Shown: piece after piece, positions 9,625 through 19,675 of the stretch | How the letters are laid out: every line of letters starts with the position of its first letter | How positions within the stretch are numbered: the stretch's first letter is position 1 | NCBI GenBank assembly: GCA_965226205.1 | Contig: CBDDCJ010000028.1 | Location: forward strand, 491,384-555,383 | DNA length: 64,000 bases | Direction: 5' to 3' | Source: Opitutales bacterium | GTDB lineage: Bacteria > Verrucomicrobiota > Verrucomicrobiia > Opitutales > UBA2987 | The notes under the pieces: generated by a model | Database searches by the model: none | Told to the model about the DNA's origin: nothing | What the model saw: only the letters and a program-made list of their open reading frames with translations | Translations under genes and position numbers: made by a program

Positions 9625-11758
9625 AGCGCTCTTGAATTGGAGAAAAGGGGATTCCGCAGGATCCCGGATTTCATGGGACCGGCTTTTGGGTTTCGCCTGC
9701 GGAACGCTGGTTTTTATTTGGCCCTTTATTTTTTTTCGCGCCTTTCTCTCCTCTCATAGTCCGATCGCCATCGACAACGATTTTTATGTGCTTTTTTACG
9801 GCCATAAGGCCTACTTTCTGGAGTTGATGTCGCAGGGCCATTTCCCGCTCTGGTCTCCGGGGGAGGGGGCCGGATATCCGTTTTTCTCGAATCCGTTCAA
9901 CCAGGTTTTTTACCCCTTGAACGTTCCCCTGATTTATTTTTACAAAATCTTTGACCAGTATTCGGTTTTCGAGCACCAGATATATTCCGTTTTCGGGGCC
10001 GCTCTTTTTGGTTTGGGACTTTATTTCTGGCTGGGGCAAATCCTGCCGAGCCGCCGGGGGGCTTTGTTCGCGGCCCTCGTTTTCTCGATCAGTTTCAAAA
10101 TCGGGGATCTGCTGCGGCTGCCCAACGCGATCCATGCGGCGGCCTGGATACCCTGGATTTTATATGGAGTCGCCCGCGCCCGGGAAACGCAGAAAAGCCG
10201 TGAATGCGGGCTTATACTGTTTGCCGCATGTTTCATGCTGCTTACCGCCGGCTACCCCTACTACTGTTATTACTGTTTGTTCCTGATCCCCCCTTATGTC
10301 GCTTTGCTGCTTTTTGAGAAAACCCGCCGGGCTCTCCATTTCCAACCTGGCCCGCCGCCGGTATCCAATTTGCGTTTTTTGGCCGCTTGCGCCATTCCGG
10401 CCCTGATAGCCTTAATCATAACCCTTCCCTATTATTGGAAAATGTTCCATCTCTTTGAGAGAACGGCCGGGCGCAGCGGGAAAAACTATGAATTTTCCAC
10501 CTATTTTGAATTCGATGGCATCAATACCCTCGGGTCGTGGATTTTCCCTCCCTCCGCGCCGGCCGACGGGTGGTTTTATTTCGGATTTACGGCTTTGTTT
10601 TTGCTCGTTTTATATACCGTAGACGTTTTCCGGAATCGAGAAAGGATGCGGCGCGATTGGCGCTTCGTGGGAATCGGGGTTTGTTATTTTTTGGTTATTT
10701 CGATGATTACCTATGGAAAGCAATTCTACCTTTTTGATATTCTCTACCGATGGCTGCCCGGTTTTGACAGTTTGAGGGTTTGGAGCCGTTTGAACATCGT
10801 CCTGGTTTCCCTTCTGGCTCTTGGGGCGGCAAGAGCTTATTTGCATCTTGAAACCGTGGTTTCCCAGAGGATGGGAAAAAATAGCGACAGGAGCCGATTG
10901 GGACCGTTTTACGCACTACTGGCGGCGGCCATTGTCTTTGGTCTTTTCCAGTGGCTGCTTTTGAAATTTGAGATTTTCGACTTCTACTGGGTCGAATTGT
11001 TTTACTACCTGCATGGGACTGAGTGGCGATTTCCGGCAATGAATCTGGGCGCCGTTTTGCTCCTGGCGGGAATCCTGTTTATTGCCCTTAAAAAGCCATT
11101 TGCGTCCCCATTTTCGAAATATGCGCTCGTTTTAATACTGTCGGTGGCGGCTTTTGCCGAACTTTCCCTGGCCGGAGGGGCAAAACAGTGGATTTACCCT
11201 AATGTTTACGGTTCCAAAAAATTAACTCCCCGTTTTGCCCAATACATCCCCGCGGCATTTTTCATACCGAGGGTCCGTAGTTATTTCACCTTGAAGTTTC
11301 CGCATTTCAATGTTGGCGTGATCGTCCAATGGTATTTTCAAGACTACCTGGATTTTTATGGCAGGACTTTTGAAGAATTCGGGGAGGTAAAAGTTGCCCA
11401 TAAAGTTCCCTCCTTCAACAGGCTGATGGGGATTTCCAGCCCCAAGCTACTATTTGTTTCCGAACGCATCGACCATGCCACCATGGAGGATTTTTTGGCT
11501 GATTCCGAAGGGGCTGAATCGGCCGAAAATTTCAAGCTCGATCTAATCCACTACGATGGCGATATACTCATCTTCAATCTCACCGTTGGGCAACCCGCCT
11601 ATGTCAGCTTTATCGATAATTGGGATCCCGACTGGAGGGCCTATGTTAATGGCCGGGAAGTTCCCATCCACAAATTGTTCGGCACATTTAAAGCGGTCGC
11701 CCTCGAACCGGGTTTGAATGAGGTGCGTTTTGCCTATGAGCCATTCTCATATTGGTAA
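9608..11758 (+). CDS. Large polytopic membrane protein, YfhO/GT-C-like putative glycosyltransferase
   Basis: About 716 aa from the ATG at 9608. It has many TM helices and a soluble C-terminal domain. The upstream in-frame extension to 9539 overlaps the previous gene and looks non-coding. Confidence 0.45.
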   Translation: MKRFPKALLNWRKGDSAGSRISWDRLLGFACGTLVFIWPFIFFRAFLSSHSPIAIDNDFYVLFYGHKAYFLELMSQGHFPLWSPGEGAGYPFFSNPFNQVFYPLNVPLIYFYKIFDQYSVFEHQIYSVFGAALFGLGLYFWLGQILPSRRGALFAALVFSISFKIGDLLRLPNAIHAAAWIPWILYGVARARETQKSRECGLILFAACFMLLTAGYPYYCYYCLFLIPPYVALLLFEKTRRALHFQPGPPPVSNLRFLAACAIPALIALIITLPYYWKMFHLFERTAGRSGKNYEFSTYFEFDGINTLGSWIFPPSAPADGWFYFGFTALFLLVLYTVDVFRNRERMRRDWRFVGIGVCYFLVISMITYGKQFYLFDILYRWLPGFDSLRVWSRLNIVLVSLLALGAARAYLHLETVVSQRMGKNSDRSRLGPFYALLAAAIVFGLFQWLLLKFEIFDFYWVELFYYLHGTEWRFPAMNLGAVLLLAGILFIALKKPFASPFSKYALVLILSVAAFAELSLAGGAKQWIYPNVYGSKKLTPRFAQYIPAAFFIPRVRSYFTLKFPHFNVGVIVQWYFQDYLDFYGRTFEEFGEVKVAHKVPSFNRLMGISSPKLLFVSERIDHATMEDFLADSEGAESAENFKLDLIHYDGDILIFNLTVGQPAYVSFIDNWDPDWRAYVNGREVPIHKLFGTFKAVALEPGLNEVRFAYEPFSYW

Positions 11759-11848
11759 ACTGCTCAATTCAGACATTGACCATAATCCGGCATTGGTATT
11801 TATTGCTCCCTTTTTTCAAAAGCACATAAGCAACAGCAGGCATCCAAG

Positions 11849-13165
11849 GTGATTGTTACTATCGAAGAGGTCAACGAGACCCGCAAAAAATTAATCGTTT
11901 CCATATCCGTGGAGGAAATCCTGAAGGAGGAAAAAACTCTCCTCAAGGAATTCATCAAACAGGTAAGGATTCCCGGTTTTCGCCCCGGCAAGGCGCCCCC
12001 GAAGCTTGTCCGTTCGCGCCACGCCAAGGATTTTGCCGCCGAACTGAACCGGAAACTATCCGCCGGCGCCTACGAAAAGGCCACCGAGGAGGCCGGTATG
12101 GATATATCCAGCGTCATTGCGATGGATGAGGCGGAGTTTGATTCCAGCCGGGAAGGGCAGATCACTTTTACCGTCGATATAAATCCGGAGTTCAACCTTC
12201 CCGAGTACAAGGGAATCAAGACCGAAGTGGGGCCGGAGGAAGTTTCCGACGAAGAAATCGAAACCGCCCTCGAGGAACTCCGCAAACAACGTTCCAGCTT
12301 CGATGTGGTCGAGCGAACGGCGGCGCAGGGAGATTTCGTCAAGGTGAGCTATGAGGGCGAGATCGCGGGTCGTCCCATTGCCGAAATCGTGCCCGGCAAG
12401 CCGATTTGGGGGAAACAGGAAAATACCTGGGAGGAGGCCGGCGCGGAAAAAGAAGAATTAGGGGTATCGGCGGTTGTGGAAAGCCTGGTGGGAATGAATG
12501 TGGGGGAGAAAAAAGAGACGGAAATGGAATTCCCCGAAGATTTCAAGGTTGCGGAACTGGCCGGCAAGAAAGCCAATTACAAGATTGAAGTCCATGAAGT
12601 GCGGGCCCGTGCGTTGCCCGAGTTGGATGATAAGTTTCTCGAAAGCATGAAGCTGGAGAGCGTCGAGCAGCTCAAGGACCAGATATTCGAGGATTTGGAG
12701 AACCGGAAAAAATACCGGAACCGGCAGGCCAAGCGTCAACAAATTATGGATGAACTCAATTCGCGGGTGGAATTTCCACTGCCGGAGAGCGCCTTGGAAA
12801 GTGAGACCGAAAGCGCCATGAGGGACATCATGCTGCAGAACATGGATCGCGGAGTGCCTGAAAGCGAATTTGAAAAGCATAAGGAGGAAATCTATGAAAA
12901 TGCCCGCCGGGCCGCCGCCCGGCGTGTGAAAACCGGCATTTTAATCTCACGAATCGCGAAGGAGGAAAAAATTTCAGTTGAGCAGGAAGACATGCAGGCA
13001 GCCATATTTTCTCAGGCCATGGCCACCCGCACGAAACCGAAAGAATTTGTCAGGCAAATCGAAAAAGATCCCGTCCGCTTGCAGGCATTGCGAAGATCGG
13101 CTTTAACCAATAAAGTCCTCGAGTGGTTGGTCCAACAGTCCGTGGAGGAGACAAAATCCGATTAA
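11849..13165 (+). CDS. tig: Trigger factor
   Basis: GTG start. ...IPGFRPGKAPPKLV... ribosome-binding signature, a central FKBP-like region, and the tig-clpP-clpX gene order. Confidence 0.95.
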   Translation: MIVTIEEVNETRKKLIVSISVEEILKEEKTLLKEFIKQVRIPGFRPGKAPPKLVRSRHAKDFAAELNRKLSAGAYEKATEEAGMDISSVIAMDEAEFDSSREGQITFTVDINPEFNLPEYKGIKTEVGPEEVSDEEIETALEELRKQRSSFDVVERTAAQGDFVKVSYEGEIAGRPIAEIVPGKPIWGKQENTWEEAGAEKEELGVSAVVESLVGMNVGEKKETEMEFPEDFKVAELAGKKANYKIEVHEVRARALPELDDKFLESMKLESVEQLKDQIFEDLENRKKYRNRQAKRQQIMDELNSRVEFPLPESALESETESAMRDIMLQNMDRGVPESEFEKHKEEIYENARRAAARRVKTGILISRIAKEEKISVEQEDMQAAIFSQAMATRTKPKEFVRQIEKDPVRLQALRRSALTNKVLEWLVQQSVEETKSD

Positions 13166-13325
13166 GGTTTCCCCATTTGCAACGTCATATGAATATCCAT
13201 AATTGCAAGTCAAAGAGCATTATAGTCCACAGCCGGATTCAGCCATCGGTTAAATTCCCTTGCTTCGACCACTGGGGTGAACTATTTTAAAATAAAAAAA
13301 ATCAATCTAACCAGGAGAAACACCA

Positions 13326-13946
13326 TTGAGCTATTACCTACCCATACCAAGCGTTGTTGAAAACGATGGCCGCACGGAGAGAGAATGGAATATTTACAGC
13401 CGGTTGTTAAAGGACCGGATCATTTTTATCGGGACTCCCATCGACGATTATGTGGCCAACGGCGTCATCGCCCAGTTGCTCTTTCTGGAGATGGAGGACC
13501 CGAAAAAAGACATCAATATATACATCAATTCCCCCGGAGGCAGCGTGACGGATGGCATGGCGGTTTACGATACCATGAATTTTCTTTCCTGCGATGTGGC
13601 CACAACCTGCATTGGCCAGGCCGCCAGTATGAGCACCGTCCTTCTGGCTGCGGGCACACCGGGCAAGCGCAGCACTCTGCCGCACAGCCGGGTCATGATT
13701 CACCAGCCATCCGGGGGCGCCTCCGGGCAAGCCTCTGATATTACCATCGCAGCCAGGGAAATCCTGCACTGGAAACAAATTATAAATGAAATTCTGGCCG
13801 AACACACGGGCAAGGATATTGCCCAGATAGAAACCGATTCCGACCGCAATTACTACATGACTGCCGCCGAGGCCAAGGATTACGGTATCGTGGACCGCGT
13901 CATTGAATTTAAAAAAGACAGCGTGAAGAAGAAAAAGAGCGCTTGA
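13326..13946 (+). CDS. clpP: ATP-dependent Clp protease proteolytic subunit
   Basis: [20 protein letters not shown] (active-site Ser) and VMIHQPSGG (His). TTG start 8 nt after AGGAG. Confidence 0.95.
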   Translation: MSYYLPIPSVVENDGRTEREWNIYSRLLKDRIIFIGTPIDDYVANGVIAQLLFLEMEDPKKDINIYINSPGGSVTDGMAVYDTMNFLSCDVATTCIGQAASMSTVLLAAGTPGKRSTLPHSRVMIHQPSGGASGQASDITIAAREILHWKQIINEILAEHTGKDIAQIETDSDRNYYMTAAEAKDYGIVDRVIEFKKDSVKKKKSA

Positions 13947-13958
13947 TTCGATCTTTTT

Positions 13959-15254
13959 ATGGCCCGCTCAACGAAATTGACATTTTGTTCCTTCTGCGGG
14001 AAATCGCAGAATGAAGTCCGCAAAATGATTGCCGGGCCGGCCGGGGTTTATATTTGCGATTCCTGCGTCTCCGTCTGCAAGACCATCATCGACCGCGAGC
14101 TTCGCTCCCCGGAGGGAAATGCCGATGCCGCCTTCAAACTGGTCAAACCGTCCAAGATCAAGAAATCCCTGGATGATTACATCATCGGGCAGGATCAGGC
14201 CAAGAAGGTGCTCTCGGTGGCTGTTTACAATCATTATAAACGGCTCATGGCGGAGAAACCCGCCGCCGGCTTCTCACTGGGCGGCGGCAGGCAGGATTTC
14301 GATGGAGTCGAGATCGAAAAGAGCAACATACTGCTGGTGGGGCCGACCGGCAGCGGCAAAACCCTTTTGGCGAGAACCCTGGCCAACTTGCTTGAGGTGC
14401 CTTTCGCCATTACCGACGCCACCACCCTGACCGAGGCCGGTTATGTGGGCGAGGATGTCGAAAATATCGTTTTGCGGCTTTTGCAGGCCGCCAATTACGA
14501 TGTCAAAAAAGCCGAATGCGGCATCATTTATGTGGACGAAATCGACAAGATCGGGCGCAAGACGGATAATGTGTCCATCACCCGCGATGTCTCCGGCGAA
14601 GGGGTCCAGCAGGCGCTGCTCAAAATTCTCGAAGGGACCGTTTGCAATGTTCCGCCGCAGGGAGGGCGCAAGCATCCCAACCAGGAATACATCCAGGTCG
14701 ATACGAGCAATATCCTCTTTATATGCGGCGGCGCCTTTGTCGGCCTGAAAAACCTTATTCGTCAACGAGTGGGGGTAAAGATACTCGGCTACAACTCTGC
14801 CCGGGCGGAAATGCGTCAGAATAAGGACGACGGCGCATTGATGAAAAGGATCGCTCCGGCAGATCTCATAAAATACGGCATGATTCCGGAATTTGTGGGC
14901 CGCCTGCCGGTTATTTCGATTCTCCATGAACTTGGAATTTCAGACCTCGAGAAAATACTCCGCAACACCCGCAATGCTCTCATCAAACAGTACGCAAAAT
15001 TATTCGCGATGGAGGGAGTGCGCTTAAATTTCACCAAGGATGCGGTCCGCGCGGTGGCCGAGGAGGCCATGGAACTGAAAACCGGCGCGCGCGCCCTGCG
15101 CTCCATAATGGAAAGGCTCATGCTCGACCTTATGTACGATATACCCAACCTCAAAGAGATCGAGGAAGTGGCCATTACGAGGGCCGTGGTAGAGGGCAAA
15201 CGCCAACCCAAATTGCGCAAAATAGCTAAAAAAGCGGGCAAAGACGCCGCTTGA
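13959..15254 (+). CDS. clpX: ATP-dependent Clp protease ATP-binding subunit ClpX
   Basis: N-terminal zinc-binding CSFCGK...CDSC, Walker A GPTGSGKT, Walker [10 protein letters not shown]. Confidence 0.97.
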   Translation: MARSTKLTFCSFCGKSQNEVRKMIAGPAGVYICDSCVSVCKTIIDRELRSPEGNADAAFKLVKPSKIKKSLDDYIIGQDQAKKVLSVAVYNHYKRLMAEKPAAGFSLGGGRQDFDGVEIEKSNILLVGPTGSGKTLLARTLANLLEVPFAITDATTLTEAGYVGEDVENIVLRLLQAANYDVKKAECGIIYVDEIDKIGRKTDNVSITRDVSGEGVQQALLKILEGTVCNVPPQGGRKHPNQEYIQVDTSNILFICGGAFVGLKNLIRQRVGVKILGYNSARAEMRQNKDDGALMKRIAPADLIKYGMIPEFVGRLPVISILHELGISDLEKILRNTRNALIKQYAKLFAMEGVRLNFTKDAVRAVAEEAMELKTGARALRSIMERLMLDLMYDIPNLKEIEEVAITRAVVEGKRQPKLRKIAKKAGKDAA

Positions 15255-15294
15255 GCTTGAAAAGAAAAAATTCTTCGGCCCGCCGCTTGCTTAT

Positions 15295-16368
15295 TTACCA
15301 GCGCCCGTGGCTGCCTTTTTTGAGGGATCGGGCGAAGGCCACGATGAGCTGGATGCAGTTTTCGATATCTTCCAGGTCCACCAGTTCGCTGGGAGTGTGC
15401 ATATAGCGCAGCGGGATGGATAAAACGGCCGTGGCCACGCCGGCCCGCCCGATCTGGAGGGACCTGCCGTCGGTTCCGGTGGGCCGCGGGTCCGCCTCCA
15501 TCTGAATAGGGATGCCCTCCTTCTCCGCGCATTCGACCAGCATTTTCAGGATGACGGGGTTGATGTTGGCCCCGCGGGTTAGAATAGGGCCGCCCCCCAG
15601 CTTGGTTTCTCCAAATTTCCGGTTATCGCAATCGGGGTGGTCGGTGGCATGGCTGACATCCACGGCGATGCCAAATTGCGGGTTGACCGAATAGGCCGCG
15701 GGAATGGCCCCGCGAGTGCCGATCTCCTCCTGGGCGGTCGAAACGGCCACCACTTTGGCCTGGAGCCGTTTCAGTTTGGCCAATCGCAGAAGGGCTTCGT
15801 TGACCACATAGGCGCCCGCCTTGTTGTCGAAAGCGCGGGCCACCCCCACGCTTCCCCGCAATAGCTCGAAACTCTGGTCGTAGATGGCGGGATCGCCGAT
15901 TTGCACGATTTTGAGCGCTTCCTTCTTGTCTTTGGCCCCAATATCGATCCACATCTGGTGCAACTCCGGCACCTTTTTACGATCTTCGGGAGACATCAGG
16001 TGAACGGCTTTCTTACCGGTGACCCCCTTGACGACCCCTTTTTTTGTCAAGATAGCCACCCTGCGGCCGGAAATCATAATCTTGTCGTGCCCGCCGATGG
16101 TATCGAAATAGAGGAATCCATTTTTATCGACGTAACGAATTTGCAACCCCAACTCATCCATATGACCGGCCAGCATCAGGACCGGGCTGCCTTTGGGGTT
16201 GATGGTGGCGATGCGGTTGCCCATGGTATCTTTTTCATAAACATCGGCAACGGGTTTGATGACCCGATCGACGACCGCCTGGGCTTCCCCCTCATAACCG
16301 GAAGGAGAACGAGCATCGAGCAGGTCGATTAAAAATTTTGGTGGCGCCAGGATTTTCTTTTTCGGCAT
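15295..16368 (-). CDS. M42 family metallopeptidase (FrvX/YpdE-like aminopeptidase)
   Basis: LAGHMDELGL, AFDNKAG and TAQEEIGTRGA are M42 signatures. I prefer the ATG at 16368 (MPKKKILAPP...) over the track start at 16389. Confidence 0.85.
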   Translation of the reverse strand: MPKKKILAPPKFLIDLLDARSPSGYEGEAQAVVDRVIKPVADVYEKDTMGNRIATINPKGSPVLMLAGHMDELGLQIRYVDKNGFLYFDTIGGHDKIMISGRRVAILTKKGVVKGVTGKKAVHLMSPEDRKKVPELHQMWIDIGAKDKKEALKIVQIGDPAIYDQSFELLRGSVGVARAFDNKAGAYVVNEALLRLAKLKRLQAKVVAVSTAQEEIGTRGAIPAAYSVNPQFGIAVDVSHATDHPDCDNRKFGETKLGGGPILTRGANINPVILKMLVECAEKEGIPIQMEADPRPTGTDGRSLQIGRAGVATAVLSIPLRYMHTPSELVDLEDIENCIQLIVAFARSLKKGSHGRW

Positions 16369-16697
16369 AACATTCAAGCAGTCATACAATATTTTTTAGA
16401 AAAGGGTTAGATAGTTTAAATCATGGGGTTGAAAAAAGGGAATCTTCTATCCTCACTTCCTGTGATTATTTTTTAATTATATCAGTGGTCCCATTTCGGA
16501 AAATGCGTGTATAAGTCGCATTTTTTAAAAGAATTTCCTTAATTTGAAATTTTTCAATCAATTTAAAATTTTTTTTCTTTTAAACGATACACTGTAAACA
16601 ACACTTGAAAGCTGCTTGAATAAACCGGATCGGTAAGAAAAGATTGAATTCCTGCTTTTTTTAGATAAAGTAGGAATTATAAGAATCAATTCATTTT

Positions 16698-16961
16698 ATG
16701 AAATCTCTCTCCAGAAAAATTTCTCCCAAAGGACAAGTGACCATTCCTCGTGAATTCCGGACCAAACTGGGTCTCAAATCGGGAGACAAGGTAATTTTTG
16801 CTTCCGAGGGGAAGGATATCCACATCAAAAAGCAGTCCAATGCCTGTTCGATCATCGGTCTAATGGATGCTCACGCCGGAAAGTTGGCTCGCGGCATCCG
16901 TACTTCCGACATGAAAAAAGCGGTCGCAAAAAGGATGGCGCAAAGAGTTGGGAAATCGTGA
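16698..16961 (+). CDS. AbrB/SpoVT-family antitoxin (VapB-like)
   Basis: 87 aa. KGQVTIPREFRTKLGLKSGDKV is a swapped-hairpin motif. There is a 4-nt overlap with the downstream PIN gene. Confidence 0.8.
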   Translation: MKSLSRKISPKGQVTIPREFRTKLGLKSGDKVIFASEGKDIHIKKQSNACSIIGLMDAHAGKLARGIRTSDMKKAVAKRMAQRVGKS

Positions 16962-17368
16962 TCGGACTGGACACAAATGTTTTGGTCCGCATTATATTTC
17001 AGGATCCGGAGGAGCCCGGCCAAAGCGATCTGGCGCGCGGGCTGGCACTCAAATCCATCGAAGACGGGAGTGCAATTTATATAAACACGACAACCTTGGT
17101 GGAGACGATTTGGGTTTTTCAATCGGCTTATAACGCGTCCAAGGCGCACCTGTTAAGAATCCTGGAAGAGATTGACGGCAGTCCGCATTTTGTTTTGCAA
17201 AACCCCGTCGAGGTGGGAAAAGCCATCGCCTTTTACAAAACCGGCGGGGGGGATTTTTCAGACTATCTTATCGGCTCTATCAATTCCGGCTCCGATTGTG
17301 AAACAACCTATACCTTCGACCGAAAGTTGAGAAATTCCGGTAATTTTACCCTCCTGGAAAAAGTTTAA
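16958..17368 (+). CDS. vapC: PIN-domain ribonuclease toxin (VapC family)
   Basis: MIGLDTNVLVR... N-terminal acidic motif. 136 aa, translationally coupled to the AbrB-like antitoxin. Confidence 0.85.
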   Translation: MIGLDTNVLVRIIFQDPEEPGQSDLARGLALKSIEDGSAIYINTTTLVETIWVFQSAYNASKAHLLRILEEIDGSPHFVLQNPVEVGKAIAFYKTGGGDFSDYLIGSINSGSDCETTYTFDRKLRNSGNFTLLEKV

Positions 17369-17415
17369 TAGAAAATTTACCGGGACTGCCTAAATAATTT
17401 TTCACCTTTGACGAC

Positions 17416-18138
17416 ATGAATTTATATCCGGCAATCGACTTGCGGCAAGGGCGCGTGGTGCGCCTCGAGCAGGGGCGGGTGGATCGGGAAACCGTTTATT
17501 ATGACGACCCCTCGATACCGGCCGGACTGTGGAAGGATGCCGGGGCGCAATGGCTCCATGTGGTGGATCTGGATGGCGCATTTAGCGGACAACCGCAAAA
17601 CTGGGCCGCTCTTGAGAAAATTGCCGTCAGTGGGCTCCAGATTCAAATGGGCGGCGGTATGCGGCGGCGGCGGGATATCGATCGGGCTTTTGATAACGGG
17701 GTGTCGAGGGTCGTGCTCGGGACCAGCGCGGTCGAGGATGGCGCATTTTTGCAATGCATGGTGGAGCGATTCGGCTCCCGTATTGCCGTTGGGATAGATG
17801 CCCGCAATGGCAAAGTGGCACTGAGAGGATGGGTTGACGAAACCGGGATGACGGCCCTTGAGCTTGCTCAGAGGGTGGCTTCCGCCGGTGTGGAAACGAT
17901 TATATTTACCGATATTTCCACCGACGGCATGATGACCGGGCCGAATTTCGCGGCTCAAAAAGAGATGCTGAAGGCGATTCCCATACGCCTGATTGCCTCC
18001 GGCGGGGTGGCCTCTAAAGACGATGTGCGGAAATTTCGGACTATGTCGGAAACTTATCCAAATCTGGAGGGGGTCATTATCGGGAAAGCGCTTTACGATG
18101 GCAAAATCAATCTGGGCGAATGTTTCGGCCGGGACTAA
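17416..18138 (+). CDS. hisA: ProFAR isomerase (histidine biosynthesis)
   Basis: LYPAIDLRQGRVVRL, HVVDLDGA, GGGMRR, TDISTDGMMTGPN and SGGVAS are TIM-barrel HisA motifs. Confidence 0.9.
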   Translation: MNLYPAIDLRQGRVVRLEQGRVDRETVYYDDPSIPAGLWKDAGAQWLHVVDLDGAFSGQPQNWAALEKIAVSGLQIQMGGGMRRRRDIDRAFDNGVSRVVLGTSAVEDGAFLQCMVERFGSRIAVGIDARNGKVALRGWVDETGMTALELAQRVASAGVETIIFTDISTDGMMTGPNFAAQKEMLKAIPIRLIASGGVASKDDVRKFRTMSETYPNLEGVIIGKALYDGKINLGECFGRD

Positions 18139-19535
18139 TTCTTCTTGTTTCTTGCCGTAATCGCATCGGCGATTTCCTCGATCGGGTAGGTCCAGATTTC
18201 CGATAGGGTGGGGTGGTACCAATGGGCCTTCAAGAGGTCGAAAACGGTCGCCTCCAAGGCCACCGCCACGGCCATTGAGTGGATCAATTCGCAGGCATCC
18301 TTGCCCACGCATTCGGCCCCCAGGACGATTCCGCGCGAGGGGTCGGCCCAAATTTTCACATAACCGTATTTGGCCTCCATGAGGATGGATTTGCCGTGAT
18401 CGTCGAATGGGTAATCCGCCGTCGAATAAGGGATGTTTTTGTCCTGCAATTCCGTTTCCGCCATTCCGGTGGCGGCGATTTGTGGATCGGTGAAAATGAT
18501 TTTCGTCAAATGATCGTAATTGACCGGCTCCGGGTTTAATCCGGCCGCATGGCGGGCCGCCACCTCGCCCTGGAGGATGGCAACGTGCACAATTTCGTGC
18601 GGACCGGCGGCGTCTCCCGCCGCGTAGATTATGGGATTGGTCGATTGCTGGACGGAATTGGTGTTGATATGCCCGCTGGGGAGCCGCTCGACCCCGGCAT
18701 TTTCCAGGCCCAGGTTTGTCGTATTGGGTTTGCGGCCCAAGGCGTTGAAAAGATAGACGGCTTCTTTGACGACCTCCCGCCCATCGGTCTCAAATGTCAC
18801 CCGAAAAACGTCATCGATGCGCTCGATTCCGGTAATTCGGGTTCCCGTATGCAATTCGATGCCCTCATCCCGAAAGGCTTGCATGACAACTTCGGCCGAT
18901 GACGTTGAAGCTTCCCTCAGTATCAGGGGACTCCGCTGTATCTGGACGACTTTCGAGCCCATGCGGTTAAGAAACTGGGTCAATTCGCAAGCCACCACCC
19001 CGCCGCCCAAAACGATGACTGATTCCGGCAGGTGGTCCAGATCGAGGACATTATTGCTGGTCATGGCCGAGCCCGGTTCCAGCCCCGGAAGTGGCGGGAA
19101 GCTGACCAAGGAACCGGTCGAGACCAGAAAGGCATCCGCGGTCAGCTCCGTTCCATCGTCCAGACGGATGGTTTTGCCGTCCACAAAACGAGCGGATTGG
19201 CGGAAAAGATGGAAATTGCCGGACTGCAATTGCTCGGCCCGGTAATCGGCAAATTCACCGATTATTTTCTTCTTGCGCTCGTGAACGGCCGCCATGTCGG
19301 CTTTGGCTGACGGGATATCGAGCCCGAAAATAGAACCGTGGCGGGCATGATGGAGGACCTCCGCGATATAAAGCAGGGTTTTCGACGGCATGCAGCCACG
19401 CAGAATGCATAATCCGCCAAGCTCGGCCGAACTATCCACCACGGCCACGCTTTCGCTGGTTTGCCGGTAAATTCTGGCGGCCGCATAACCGGCGCTGCCT
19501 CCGCCCAAAACAATAAATTCAAAGTGTTTGCTCAT
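18135..19535 (-). CDS. Class I FAD-dependent pyridine nucleotide-disulfide oxidoreductase (Lpd/GR/MerA family)
   Basis: GGGSAGYAAA (FAD), redox disulfide GGLCILRGCMPSK, GGGVVACE (NAD), C-terminal HPTLSE dimerisation motif. The exact substrate cannot be assigned from sequence alone. Confidence 0.8.
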   Translation of the reverse strand: MSKHFEFIVLGGGSAGYAAARIYRQTSESVAVVDSSAELGGLCILRGCMPSKTLLYIAEVLHHARHGSIFGLDIPSAKADMAAVHERKKKIIGEFADYRAEQLQSGNFHLFRQSARFVDGKTIRLDDGTELTADAFLVSTGSLVSFPPLPGLEPGSAMTSNNVLDLDHLPESVIVLGGGVVACELTQFLNRMGSKVVQIQRSPLILREASTSSAEVVMQAFRDEGIELHTGTRITGIERIDDVFRVTFETDGREVVKEAVYLFNALGRKPNTTNLGLENAGVERLPSGHINTNSVQQSTNPIIYAAGDAAGPHEIVHVAILQGEVAARHAAGLNPEPVNYDHLTKIIFTDPQIAATGMAETELQDKNIPYSTADYPFDDHGKSILMEAKYGYVKIWADPSRGIVLGAECVGKDACELIHSMAVAVALEATVFDLLKAHWYHPTLSEIWTYPIEEIADAITARNKKN

Positions 19536-19675
19536 ATTGTATCTTCTCCTGAAATTAACCGCTAAACGACATCATAATCAATCCGTAAATCTTCCCGGAC
19601 CGCGCAGCTGGATAATTGGATTTGTTTTGCTCATATTTCTTTCCCGGTTAAAAACAATTATTTGAAATAATTTGG

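Noticed and set aside
15255-15294. Bidirectional terminator between clpX and the M42 peptidase gene
   Set aside because: Only a 3-4-bp stem can be drawn in cttcggcccgccgcttg. That is not convincing as an intrinsic terminator.
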